From Bacteriovoracia bacterium (lineage in GTDB: Bacteria > Bdellovibrionota > UBA1018 > JBFWNL01): a DNA stretch of 64,000 nt. How positions within the stretch are numbered: position 1 is the stretch's first letter; each line of letters opens with the position of its first letter. A model generated the notes under the pieces. That model saw only the letters and a list, made by a program, of their open reading frames with translations. It searched no databases and had not been told where the DNA came from. The translations under genes were made by a program, and so were the position numbers. Below, in pieces: positions 1 through 8,653 of the stretch. The DNA lies in contig JBFWNL010000001.1 of NCBI GenBank assembly GCA_050251055.1, positions 395,825-459,824 of the forward strand, written 5' to 3'.

Positions 1-711
1 TCCGTCAATACGGTCTTTGGCAAGCTGGGGCTATTCTACGTGGGCCCGGACTGGCTGCAGGAATACGCCAAGCGTTTCGGCTTCAACCAGTCGATTCCCT
101 CGGACCTGCCCATGCGTAAAGGCCGCAGCACGATCGAGCAAGCGGATCCTTGGAGCCTGGTGCAAGCCGCTTCGGGCTACACGCTCAACAACACGATGAG
201 CCCGCTCCACGGCGCGCTGATCGCGGCCGCGGTCGTGAACGATGGCGTGATGATGCAACCTTACGTCGTGGACTCACTCAAGGCGCTTTCGGGCGAGCTA
301 CTTTACCGGCCGACGCCCCAGGTGGCCTCGGTGATCATGGACGCGACGGCATCGGCGAAGCTTCGCGCGCTCATGCGCGAAACCGTCCTACGGGGAACTT
401 CACGACGCGCCTATCGCTCGCTCATTCGCAATGCGAAGTTCGACGAGATCGAATTCGGCGGCAAGACGGGTTCGCTCACGGGTGAAGACCCCAAGGGCAA
501 ATGTGATTGGTACGTCGGCTATGGCTCCTACCGCGGCCAGAAGATCGCCGTCTCGGTGCTCACCGTCCACAAGGCTTACTGGACGGTTAAATCGGCCTAC
601 GTCGCCCGCAAATTCCTCGAAGACTACTTCAGCCGCGACGAAGTCCGTGCCCCCGCTGGCCAACCCACCGACTACGTTCGCCTGCACGCCGAAACCTCGA
701 ACTACCAGTAA
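1..711 (+). CDS. Penicillin-binding protein transpeptidase domain, 5'-truncated
   Basis: Frame is open from base 1 (SVNTVFGK, an SxN motif). Also contains MSPLHGALIAAAVVNDG and the KTG motif (GGKTGS). The SxxK motif lies outside the window. Confidence 0.85.
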   Translation, partial: SVNTVFGKLGLFYVGPDWLQEYAKRFGFNQSIPSDLPMRKGRSTIEQADPWSLVQAASGYTLNNTMSPLHGALIAAAVVNDGVMMQPYVVDSLKALSGELLYRPTPQVASVIMDATASAKLRALMRETVLRGTSRRAYRSLIRNAKFDEIEFGGKTGSLTGEDPKGKCDWYVGYGSYRGQKIAVSVLTVHKAYWTVKSAYVARKFLEDYFSRDEVRAPAGQPTDYVRLHAETSNYQ

Positions 712-752
712 TCATTTGAATTTAGGCTTTCCCGGCCCAGCCCGCTTTAGAT

Positions 753-781
753 TTAACGCCCAGCAATAAAGATGTTATACC
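753..781 (+). promoter_or_regulatory. sigma70-like promoter TTAACG-N17-TATACC (TG extension), 9 nt before ATG
   Basis: Read directly; no SD before the ATG at 791. Confidence 0.4.
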
Positions 782-790
782 GCCCTCGCT

Positions 791-1837
791 ATGGGCCGTG
801 TCGGTTTCATCATTAATAGAAGCTGGATCTTAATCGGGTTGCTCGCCTCCGCGAGCGCTTTCGCCACCCCATGCGAGGAGCGGCTCGCGACCTGGGTTAA
901 AGGCCAAACCCCCGCCGATATCGCGGACGGAAATGAACCCCTTTATCTGCCAGGCACCCGTCCGGAGCGCGCGTTTTTACTCGTGCATGGATTCATGGCC
1001 TCCCCCTTTGAGGTGAAGGAACTGGCCGAGCACTTAAATCGGAATGGTTATACCGTGCTCGCTCCCCTGCTGGACGGATTCGGGGCGGACGCCGACACGG
1101 CGAATCGCGCGAAGTACCCGCAATGGGCGGAAACGTTTCACGCCTATCTCACTCATATCCGCGAATGCTTCCCCCAAGTGGGCGTGGCCGGCTTTTCGCT
1201 CGGGGCGAGCGTCGTGACTTACCAGCTGCAGCGGGAAGCCCCCGAGGCGATCGCCCAAGTCTCGGGCCTGACGCTCGTCGCGCCGGCGTTAGGATTGCGG
1301 AAATTGCTTTCGGCTTCTTCGGGACTGGCGAACGTCGTACGCGACGAGATCAGCGTCGATTGGCTTTTCCGAATGGGTAAACGTTCGGGTAACTACGACC
1401 TAGAGGCCGCGCTCGAATACAAGACGCACTACAATCAGCAGATGCCGCTCGAGGCGCTCGCCCAGCTCAAGGAGCTCAACTCGCAGATCAAGCGCGAACG
1501 CGCGCAGGCAACCCAGCTCGCGGCAATCCCCACGACCGTGCTGTATTCCGAGCACGACCAAACGGTCGTGGCAAAAACCACGCTCGAGCATTACGCCCCT
1601 CACGCAAAGACCCTGTGGGAATGCGCGATCCCCAAGGCGGAAGGCGTGCGCCACCAGATGCTCCTCGGCTTCAAGAATCCTTTGATTGATCACATCTTGG
1701 AGCTCGCGGCTTTTTCACAGGACTTGGGCGCCCAGACCGCCAACCTCGAAGACAAGAAATCCGTGGCCTGGCCGATAGCGAAAGATCGCGGTGCGAGCTT
1801 CTGCCGAAAAATTCCGGCACCTAAGACTCGCCGCTAA
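791..1837 (+). CDS. Secreted alpha/beta hydrolase (carboxylesterase/lipase)
   Basis: Signal peptide (ASASAFA), LLVHGF, nucleophile elbow GFSLG, SEHDQTV, C-terminal His. Confidence 0.8.
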   Translation: MGRVGFIINRSWILIGLLASASAFATPCEERLATWVKGQTPADIADGNEPLYLPGTRPERAFLLVHGFMASPFEVKELAEHLNRNGYTVLAPLLDGFGADADTANRAKYPQWAETFHAYLTHIRECFPQVGVAGFSLGASVVTYQLQREAPEAIAQVSGLTLVAPALGLRKLLSASSGLANVVRDEISVDWLFRMGKRSGNYDLEAALEYKTHYNQQMPLEALAQLKELNSQIKRERAQATQLAAIPTTVLYSEHDQTVVAKTTLEHYAPHAKTLWECAIPKAEGVRHQMLLGFKNPLIDHILELAAFSQDLGAQTANLEDKKSVAWPIAKDRGASFCRKIPAPKTRR

Positions 1838-1857
1838 GCCGTTCGTTTAGGACATTA

Positions 1858-2667
1858 TCAGCGCGAAGCGCTTTGTTCTTGGAGGAACTTCAGGAATTCT
1901 TCCTTGTTTCGGAAAACCTTCACCCCGAGGGCTTCGGCGTTGGGAACTTCCGCCCCGTACATCTCCGGCGCAAAGAGCACCACTTGCTTCTTTTCGGGAT
2001 TGAGAAACTCGGAGTTCCCGTCGGCATTGAGGTACCGCCTCAGCTGGCGACGCTTGCCGATGAAGCGGCCGCCCGGATCCTGCTTGTCCAGGATCATTCC
2101 TCTCATCGTGGTCACCTCCACGATGCAGCACTTGAGCTCGATGTCGATTTCGAACTGCAGGGGTATGTCGATGCCCAGGTTTTTATCTAAAATGCTGGGG
2201 TGGTTGGGATGGGGAACCACTTTGCGAAAACCCACGAATTGATGGGGGGCGGACTCAAGCACCGACGCCGCCACGTCCGCCTCGAGCCAGTGAGGATCGC
2301 CCGGGGGCAAGTTCAAGTCTCTAACGATCTTGTCAATCTCATCGAGGGGAAACCGCGGACCGGGACGCGAGCCCGTCAAACCGCTCCCCAGAATCGCCCT
2401 AGCGTCCTGAGTGGAGAACTGCTCGCGAAGTCGCGAGTACTTCTGCATGAAAAGCAACTGATCGATGTCCTTGAGCACCTCGCGCTGGGCCTCCGTAAGC
2501 GGATGCCCGAGCACTTGCGCCAGCAACGCCGCTCGCGCGGCCTCGTCGATGCTAGGTTGGGTTTCGATCGCGTGGATCATGGCGTCGATCTGGCATTGGA
2601 GCCCGTTGGGCGGGCTCCCCGCCGTATGGCCTGAAGAAATCAGGATGAGAATCAAAGGCAAAGCCAT
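1858..2667 (-). CDS. Secreted protein with a putative C-terminal PD-(D/E)XK nuclease-like domain
   Basis: Signal peptide MALPLILILISSGHTA; WLEADVA...FEIDIE...IVEVT...GKRRQLRRY...VVLFAP. Confidence 0.55.
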   Translation of the reverse strand: MALPLILILISSGHTAGSPPNGLQCQIDAMIHAIETQPSIDEAARAALLAQVLGHPLTEAQREVLKDIDQLLFMQKYSRLREQFSTQDARAILGSGLTGSRPGPRFPLDEIDKIVRDLNLPPGDPHWLEADVAASVLESAPHQFVGFRKVVPHPNHPSILDKNLGIDIPLQFEIDIELKCCIVEVTTMRGMILDKQDPGGRFIGKRRQLRRYLNADGNSEFLNPEKKQVVLFAPEMYGAEVPNAEALGVKVFRNKEEFLKFLQEQSASR

Positions 2668-2675
2668 TCCCTAGC

Positions 2676-2683
2676 TTATCGGT
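2676..2683 (-). promoter_or_regulatory. sigma28 (FliA)-like -10 element ACCGATAA
   Basis: 7/8 match to GCCGATAA, 8 nt before the ATG at 2667; -35 is weak. Confidence 0.35.
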
Positions 2684-2706
2684 AAACCCGCCCGCGGAAC
2701 GAATCG

Positions 2707-2737
2707 AAAAAAGCGGCGGACTTTTGACGCCCGCGGC
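2707..2737 (-). terminator. Probable intrinsic terminator after gltX
   Basis: Minus strand GCGGGC-loop-GTCCGC followed by CGCTTTTTT. Confidence 0.4.
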
Positions 2738-2740
2738 GGC

Positions 2741-4192
2741 TCAATACCCCGCCACGGCTTCCAATCGACGGCGGCAAGTCTCCCAGGGAAGGATCGCCAG
2801 CAGATCGAACAACCCTGCGCTCACGAGTTTACCCGTAACCGCGAGCCGCATGGGCTCGGCCAAATCCCCCAGCTTCACCCCGTGCTTGGTCCCGATCTCG
2901 CGTAAGGCCTCGTCTACCTTTTGATGGTCGATGCCCGCATCCAGGAGACACGCGGCGGACCCGACTTTTGCGGAAAGCGACGAAATGGCCTCGGCCACCG
3001 CCGCTTGCGTGGGCGCCTTTAGCTCCGGTTTTTTTACCCACTTCAGCTGGGTAGGATCCACCGACGGCACGCGGGATGCGACGAGCGGGGCAAGCAAATC
3101 GGCCATTTCCTTCAGAAGCTTTACCTTGGGTTGCAAGAGCGCCACCAACTTCACGCCCAGCTCCGTATTCAGCTGCGCCAATCCTTCAGGGGAAAACTGG
3201 GCCGAAAAATCCTGCGCCACGATGCCGGCCAAGCGCTTGGGATCGGCCGCGCGGATGTGCGTACCGTTGAGCCACAAAAGCTTCTCGGAATTGAAAACCG
3301 CACCGGCCTTCTGCACGTGATCAAAGTCAAAGAACTGCACGAGTTCGGCGACCGTGAAAACCTCCTGATCGCCGTGGCTCCATCCTAAACGCGCCAGGAA
3401 GTTCAACATCGCCTCCGGCAGATAGCCCTCGCCGCGATAAGCGCTCGCGGCAACCGCGCCGTGGCGCTTGGAAAGCTTCTTCTTGTCCGCGGCCAAAATC
3501 ACCGGCAGGTGACCAAACCGCGGCACGGGATATTTGAAGTAGCGGTAGAGATGGATTTGCTTTGGCGTATTGGTCGTGTGCTCCTCGCCGCGGATCACAT
3601 GGCTCATGCGCATCTCGACGTCATCGACGACGACCGAAAGATTGTAGGTCGGAGCGCCATTCGAACGCACGAGCACGAAGTCGTCCACCTCGTCATTGGC
3701 GATCCGAATCGTTCCGCGAATCAAATCATCCCACTCGACGGCGCCCTCGAGCGGAACCGCGCAGCGGATGACCCAAGGGCCCGCGGGTATTTCCTTCTTG
3801 CCGCGGCAGCGCCGGTCGTACATGGGTTTTTTTCCAGCCTGCATGGCGGCGTTACGCATGGCTTCGACGTCGGCTTCCGTGCAGGTGCAATAATAGGCGT
3901 GACCTTGGGCGACGAGTTCCTTCGCTTTAGAGAGGTAATGGTCCAAGCGACGGCTTTGGTAGAGCGGCTCTTCATCCCAGGTCAGCCCCAGCCACTTCAT
4001 CGAATCCAGGATGTCGTCGGCGTACTTTTGCTCGGATCGCTCCAAATCCGTGTCCTCGATTCGCATCAAAAACTGCCCACCGTGACGACGGGCATAGAGC
4101 CAATTAAAGAGAGCTGAGCGCACTCCCCCGATGTGGAGATAACCCGTGGGCGAGGGTGCAAAACGAAGGCGAACCGCGTTGCTTGAAGCCAT
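2741..4192 (-). CDS. gltX: Glutamate--tRNA ligase
   Basis: RFAPSPTGYLHIGG (HIGH motif), RIEDTD, YYCTCT, HVIRGEEH, KKLSKR. Start refined to MASSNAV at 4192. Confidence 0.97.
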   Translation of the reverse strand: MASSNAVRLRFAPSPTGYLHIGGVRSALFNWLYARRHGGQFLMRIEDTDLERSEQKYADDILDSMKWLGLTWDEEPLYQSRRLDHYLSKAKELVAQGHAYYCTCTEADVEAMRNAAMQAGKKPMYDRRCRGKKEIPAGPWVIRCAVPLEGAVEWDDLIRGTIRIANDEVDDFVLVRSNGAPTYNLSVVVDDVEMRMSHVIRGEEHTTNTPKQIHLYRYFKYPVPRFGHLPVILAADKKKLSKRHGAVAASAYRGEGYLPEAMLNFLARLGWSHGDQEVFTVAELVQFFDFDHVQKAGAVFNSEKLLWLNGTHIRAADPKRLAGIVAQDFSAQFSPEGLAQLNTELGVKLVALLQPKVKLLKEMADLLAPLVASRVPSVDPTQLKWVKKPELKAPTQAAVAEAISSLSAKVGSAACLLDAGIDHQKVDEALREIGTKHGVKLGDLAEPMRLAVTGKLVSAGLFDLLAILPWETCRRRLEAVAGY

Positions 4193-4200
4193 ATCCGGGA

Positions 4201-4229
4201 GATGTAACAATATTGACGCGCGAGTACAA
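4201..4229 (-). promoter_or_regulatory. sigma70-like gltX promoter TTGTAC-N17-TACATC (TG extension), 8 nt before ATG
   Basis: Read directly; no SD. Confidence 0.45.
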
Positions 4230-4293
4230 TCAAAAGCTTGATTAATGCTCTCCGCCACGGGACACTCTAGAACGTGGAGGGGGTACTGAAGGA

Positions 4294-4701
4294 ATGAACC
4301 GGATTGGGAGATGCTGCCTCGGCCTATGGGCGACGCTCATCCTGTTCCCCTCGCCTTCCGGCGCCGTCGGCAAAGCCGAACGCATGCATCCTTACCTCCG
4401 AGGCTGCGGCGAATTCCAGGTCACGGGCAAGCTAAAATGCGAGTTCGAGAAGTGCGCGATCACGGTTTATCCCGGTTCCGAGGCGGAAACGAAACTCCTA
4501 GTCGAATCGGATGACCCTGTTTTCGGCTATTACGATCGGTCCACGGTGCAGCTGTCGCTTCGAATCGCACGCCAGGGTAAAACCGCGCACCCGCTCGATC
4601 GACCTCGGCGCAAGGCCCCCGACTTTTCTCCGCGTGCGCTGGTAAAAACAAAGTCCTTGGCTTGCCAGCCCGCGGACGGGTCAGGAGACGAATCCAAATG
4701 A
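4294..4701 (+). CDS. Small secreted hypothetical protein
   Basis: Signal-peptide-like N-terminus, purine-rich RBS, ATGA overlap with the next gene. Confidence 0.65.
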   Translation: MNRIGRCCLGLWATLILFPSPSGAVGKAERMHPYLRGCGEFQVTGKLKCEFEKCAITVYPGSEAETKLLVESDDPVFGYYDRSTVQLSLRIARQGKTAHPLDRPRRKAPDFSPRALVKTKSLACQPADGSGDESK

Positions 4702-6377
4702 CTCGCTCCCTCCTCGGTATACTGCTTGCTCTCGCCGTGACGCCCGCCGCCCATGCCGCGAAAAATCGCGCGATTCTCTTCGGCGGAAATTGCGAAACGG
4801 ACGAGACCGGCAAGATTGACACCGAAAATCAGTTTCAGCCCGACATGGAGACGCGCGCGAACGCGCTTTCGCGTATCCAATGGGAAGTGATTCCTCTTTA
4901 CGACGGCGACCAAGGGGATTGCCGTCCGGGCACCACCTCCCCCGCCTGCGCCGGTATCGACGTGAGTAAATGGAGTTCCGCGAAGCTCGCGGAAAACGCC
5001 CGCTGGGCCAAGCCGGTGCCCCGCGCCTCCAAGGAAGAACTCTTCGGCCAACTCCAAGCCGTCCTCGACGACTCATCCTTTGGTCGCGGCGACCAGCTGC
5101 TGCTCAATATCGACACGCATGGCAGCCCGAATTACCCGGACTCGTCTCATGGTATCTGCCTCTCCGACGGAAAGATGTTGCCGACAAACGATCCCGAGCT
5201 GCTCCTGCTCTTTCGGAAGTTGAAAGAGAAAGGCGTAAAGCTCGGCTTCAACGAAGAAAGCTGTTTTTCCGGAGCCTCCGTGCCCGCCTGGAGCGAATTC
5301 GGCTGCGTGCTCACGCCCCAAACCGCGGACAGTGTCAGCTGGGGTCCCGGGCCTTCCACCCAGGCGCTCTCGGATTTGTCGGCTTGGACCGGCATGCAGA
5401 GAGTGGGGATCGAAAAGCTACGCGAGGTCGATCTCGACGCCGACGGACGCATCACCATGGAAGAGTGGTACTTGGGGACGCTAAAAGCAAAACACCGCAT
5501 GCCCATGCAGCCGCAGTTCTCCGGATATCCGGAGGGAAACTCCGCGGGGCGGGCCGCAATCCTGTTTCGGGGGCAGGTCACGAATGAGCGGCGAGACTAC
5601 TCGTTGGCGCCGGAGCCGTCCGCCGGAGCCTGCCTGGATGCCCGCAACGACCTGCGATCTTTCAGCTACCAGCTCGAGCAGGTTCTAGCCGACCTAGGAA
5701 TCCCGACCCAACCCGCGACCGACATTGAAGCAGCCCTGGAGCGGATCGCACTGAAGGAAGGGCGGCTCGAAAAGCTCGGCGAGCTCGAAGAGTCCGCGCG
5801 GGACGAACTCAAGCTCGTGAAATTCCAGTTCCTGCTTGAGCTTCCCGCCGACCTCGAGCCCTTTGGCGACGCCATCTTAAAAGCGTTCGCCCATTCGGCA
5901 AGCTTCAGCCGTCGCCAGAGCCCCGACGCGCCGGCCACCCCGCTCGCCTTCAGCGCCGACGGCAGACTCTTCGCCGATCTGGAGTTACCCGAGACGCGCG
6001 AGCGCATCGTGGCCCGCATCATCAAGAACATCCTGGCCACGGATCCCAAAGAATCGGCGACCCCCGGCCGGAGCTTCATCCTTCTCAAAGCGAAGGTGGG
6101 CGCGTACCTCGAGCACGCCCGAAAGCGCAACCTCGGTCGCCTATCCACCGCGGACTACGAGAAAGTTCGGGCCCGCATCAACGAACTGGTTAGCTCGCGT
6201 ACTTCGGCGACCGCTCTGGAGAAGGAAATTGCGGACGAGAAGGCGGAGCTAAATCCGCTCGTTTCCGCAGCTCGCGTGCAAGACTTCCTGGCTTATCGCA
6301 AGCGGACGGATCTATCGCCGCGGGAAGCGGCCGCGCTGAAGACCTGCGCGGACTTCACGCTCTTTACCTTCAACTGA
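4698..6377 (+). CDS. Secreted caspase/hemoglobinase-fold (clan CD) cysteine peptidase-like protein with EF-hand and helical C-terminus
   Basis: AGGAG SD; signal peptide MTRSLLGILLALAVTPAAHA; LLLNIDTHGS (His-Gly) and GFNEESCFSG (Cys); DLDADGRITMEE. Confidence 0.65.
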   Translation: MTRSLLGILLALAVTPAAHAAKNRAILFGGNCETDETGKIDTENQFQPDMETRANALSRIQWEVIPLYDGDQGDCRPGTTSPACAGIDVSKWSSAKLAENARWAKPVPRASKEELFGQLQAVLDDSSFGRGDQLLLNIDTHGSPNYPDSSHGICLSDGKMLPTNDPELLLLFRKLKEKGVKLGFNEESCFSGASVPAWSEFGCVLTPQTADSVSWGPGPSTQALSDLSAWTGMQRVGIEKLREVDLDADGRITMEEWYLGTLKAKHRMPMQPQFSGYPEGNSAGRAAILFRGQVTNERRDYSLAPEPSAGACLDARNDLRSFSYQLEQVLADLGIPTQPATDIEAALERIALKEGRLEKLGELEESARDELKLVKFQFLLELPADLEPFGDAILKAFAHSASFSRRQSPDAPATPLAFSADGRLFADLELPETRERIVARIIKNILATDPKESATPGRSFILLKAKVGAYLEHARKRNLGRLSTADYEKVRARINELVSSRTSATALEKEIADEKAELNPLVSAARVQDFLAYRKRTDLSPREAAALKTCADFTLFTFN

Positions 6378-6381
6378 TGCT

Positions 6382-6711
6382 TTAGTGTACGGCTTGGCAG
6401 CGCGTTTCCACACAACGCGCGCGGAAATCCGCGAGCTTTGTCGGTGGATTAGCCGTACAGCTTGCGACCTGCGACACCCGCTTCACGTAGGCGCGGTAAC
6501 GTTTCACCATCGCGCCATTGACCGCGTCGACGGCGCCGCATACCCCGCGCACCAGCGCGCAATCCCCGTTAGACTGGCATTCCTTCCACTTGATGAAAGT
6601 ATTGATATCTCCATCGGTTCCCGGCGCCGGGCGAACCACCAGCAGCGCCCACCCGAACGCGATGGCCAAGCCAAACCGGCGGCCCGACTTTTTACTGGGC
6701 CGCCACGGCAT
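6382..6711 (-). CDS. Small secreted Cys-rich protein
   Basis: Basic N-terminus plus hydrophobic stretch; six Cys (CQSNGDC...CG...SC...RCVETRC). Confidence 0.6.
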   Translation of the reverse strand: MPWRPSKKSGRRFGLAIAFGWALLVVRPAPGTDGDINTFIKWKECQSNGDCALVRGVCGAVDAVNGAMVKRYRAYVKRVSQVASCTANPPTKLADFRARCVETRCQAVH

Positions 6712-7522
6712 CGCCGAGCACTTCTTTCATGTAGAGCTGCAGACCCTGGTAATCTTGGGTCGACCACGCCGGCAAGCGCTTCTCCTGAGCGTGCCAGCGC
6801 GCCACGCCTTCAGGGCTGAACGTCTTTTGCATATCGGCCATCGCCGGAAGCGGCTTGCCTAGGTGGCAGCCCATGCAGGTTTGCAAGAAGGTTTTTTCGC
6901 CCCGAACCACGACTGGATTCGTGCGCCGCTTGAGAAAATATCCCGCGTCGACACAGACGCGATAGTTGGTGAGCTCGATCTCACGAATGCCGGCGGCAGT
7001 ATAGCGCTCGATAGGCAGCACTTCTTTGCCAATCGCCGCGCCGTGCGTGCTCCAAGGCAGCACGACCACCGGACCACCGTTGGCCGGGCCTAACCCTTCG
7101 CCGTTGCGCCAAAAGGCGAGCAGCAAGCCGTACTTTTGGATGAACCAGCGGGGAACCGAGGTTTCCTGGCCGTCGGTGTGCTTGAAGATGACGAGATCGA
7201 CTTCGGACTTCTGAACTAGGGTGAGCTTTTCCATCGCTTCGTTGATCAAAGCGGAAAGCTGGAGCCCCTCCCAACGCTGCGACTTACCGGCCGCATCCCG
7301 TTCGGAGGTTTGTCGAACCTTCAAGGTGGCGGTGGCGATGCCGGACAAAGGAATAGGCAACGCGCTGGTCGCCGTGAGCCCACGCCAGTAGATCTCAACC
7401 GGTGCGCTCTTCAAAAAAGCGATGTCACGGGATGCATTTGTCTGGCCGGTGGCGGCCTCTCCCCCGGCGGCCCCTGCGACGAAGAGCAAAAGCGCGCCGA
7501 AGAAAAACGAAAAGACCTGAAT
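6692..7522 (-). CDS. Exported molybdopterin-oxidoreductase-like domain fused to a c-type cytochrome domain
   Basis: WEGLQLSALI...DG...LLAFWRNGEGL...GGPVVVLP; GEKTFLQTCMGCH (CxxCH). Start uncertain: ATT at 7522 (with SD) or TTG at 7489. Confidence 0.6.
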   Translation of the reverse strand: MQVFSFFFGALLLFVAGAAGGEAATGQTNASRDIAFLKSAPVEIYWRGLTATSALPIPLSGIATATLKVRQTSERDAAGKSQRWEGLQLSALINEAMEKLTLVQKSEVDLVIFKHTDGQETSVPRWFIQKYGLLLAFWRNGEGLGPANGGPVVVLPWSTHGAAIGKEVLPIERYTAAGIREIELTNYRVCVDAGYFLKRRTNPVVVRGEKTFLQTCMGCHLGKPLPAMADMQKTFSPEGVARWHAQEKRLPAWSTQDYQGLQLYMKEVLGDAVAAQ

Positions 7523-7582
7523 AGGAATATCCTCCGTGAAAATTCCTTACCTAAAATCAATTGAATCAAGTAAGAATCAAGA

Positions 7583-8464
7583 ATGCAAATGAAATCCAGG
7601 CGCTACATCATTGCCGGACTCCTTCTCCTCGCACCCGCGTGGATTGCAACGGCGAAAGAGAAGCCCCGAAAGAAGCCGGCCGTCAAACCGTCGCCGGTGG
7701 TATCCGCGAGTCCGGCGCCCTCCCCGACGCCTACCCCTCCGGCCAGCCCCTACGCCCTGGGTGATCAACTCTTTTATGGGCGCGCCGACGGTACAAAAGC
7801 GCAGGAAGCCCTGAAGGTGTTCCGTGAACTTTGGCAAAAAAATCCTCAAGACTTCGAAGCGGGCTGGCGCGTCTCGATGGCTTGTTACTTCGTGGGGATC
7901 CGTCTTACCCCGGAGGGCGAACCGCGGGAGAAGCTCTACGCCGAAGGGCGTGACATCGGAAAAGAATCGATCAAGCTCGCCAAGGAGAAGAAGCTCCCCT
8001 GCGCGGCCTGCAACTTCTGGACGGCGATCAATATGGCGCTTTACGGCGAATCCGTCGGCGTATTCAAAATGCTTTTTACTTTGAACGAGATCCAAACCCT
8101 ATTGAAAGCAAGTATTGAAGCCGACCCTTCGTTTGCCTATGCCGGCGCTTACCGTCTCTTGGGCATGATCGAGTGGAAGCTACCCGGCATTCTCGGCGGC
8201 AGTAACTCCCGCGCGAAGGATTATTTCGAGAAGGCGATTGCCCAGGGTCCGACTGAACCGCTCAACTACTTATTCCTCGCTCGCCTGCTGGACGACAAAT
8301 TCGACGAGCGGGCCGAGGCCCTGAATTGGGCGAAAAAAGGGCTGGAAGTCCCGGTGCCTACCCCCGATCGACTCGAGGCGTTGGACGCCCTTAAAGACCT
8401 CCAAGAATTTATCCAAACCCACCCTGCACCCACCCCCGAGAAGCCTCCGGAAAAGGCCGACTGA
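7583..8464 (+). CDS. Secreted TPR-repeat protein with Pro-rich linker
   Basis: Signal peptide, PSPTPTPP linker, TPR-like helices (YAGAYRLLG...AKDYFEKAIAQGP...YLFLARLL). Confidence 0.7.
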   Translation: MQMKSRRYIIAGLLLLAPAWIATAKEKPRKKPAVKPSPVVSASPAPSPTPTPPASPYALGDQLFYGRADGTKAQEALKVFRELWQKNPQDFEAGWRVSMACYFVGIRLTPEGEPREKLYAEGRDIGKESIKLAKEKKLPCAACNFWTAINMALYGESVGVFKMLFTLNEIQTLLKASIEADPSFAYAGAYRLLGMIEWKLPGILGGSNSRAKDYFEKAIAQGPTEPLNYLFLARLLDDKFDERAEALNWAKKGLEVPVPTPDRLEALDALKDLQEFIQTHPAPTPEKPPEKAD

Positions 8465-8563
8465 ACGGGCCTTTTGCTTAGTATTTCTTGGGGTTTTTCC
8501 ATGGGTTTTTTCCGGGGGGTGTGCTAAAAAACGAGCACATTTCCAAGGTTCCTCATCTTTAAG

Positions 8564-8591
8564 AGTGGGCCACTAAGCCCACTTTTTTTTT
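8564..8591 (+). terminator. rimP leader terminator/attenuator hairpin
   Basis: AGTGGGC-CACTAA-GCCCACT followed by a T-run, about 60 nt upstream of rimP. Confidence 0.8.
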
Positions 8592-8653
8592 GCCCGCAGC
8601 CCTACCGCAGCGGCGACGGAGGCGGGGACCGAGGAAATCAAGATACAGAAATA

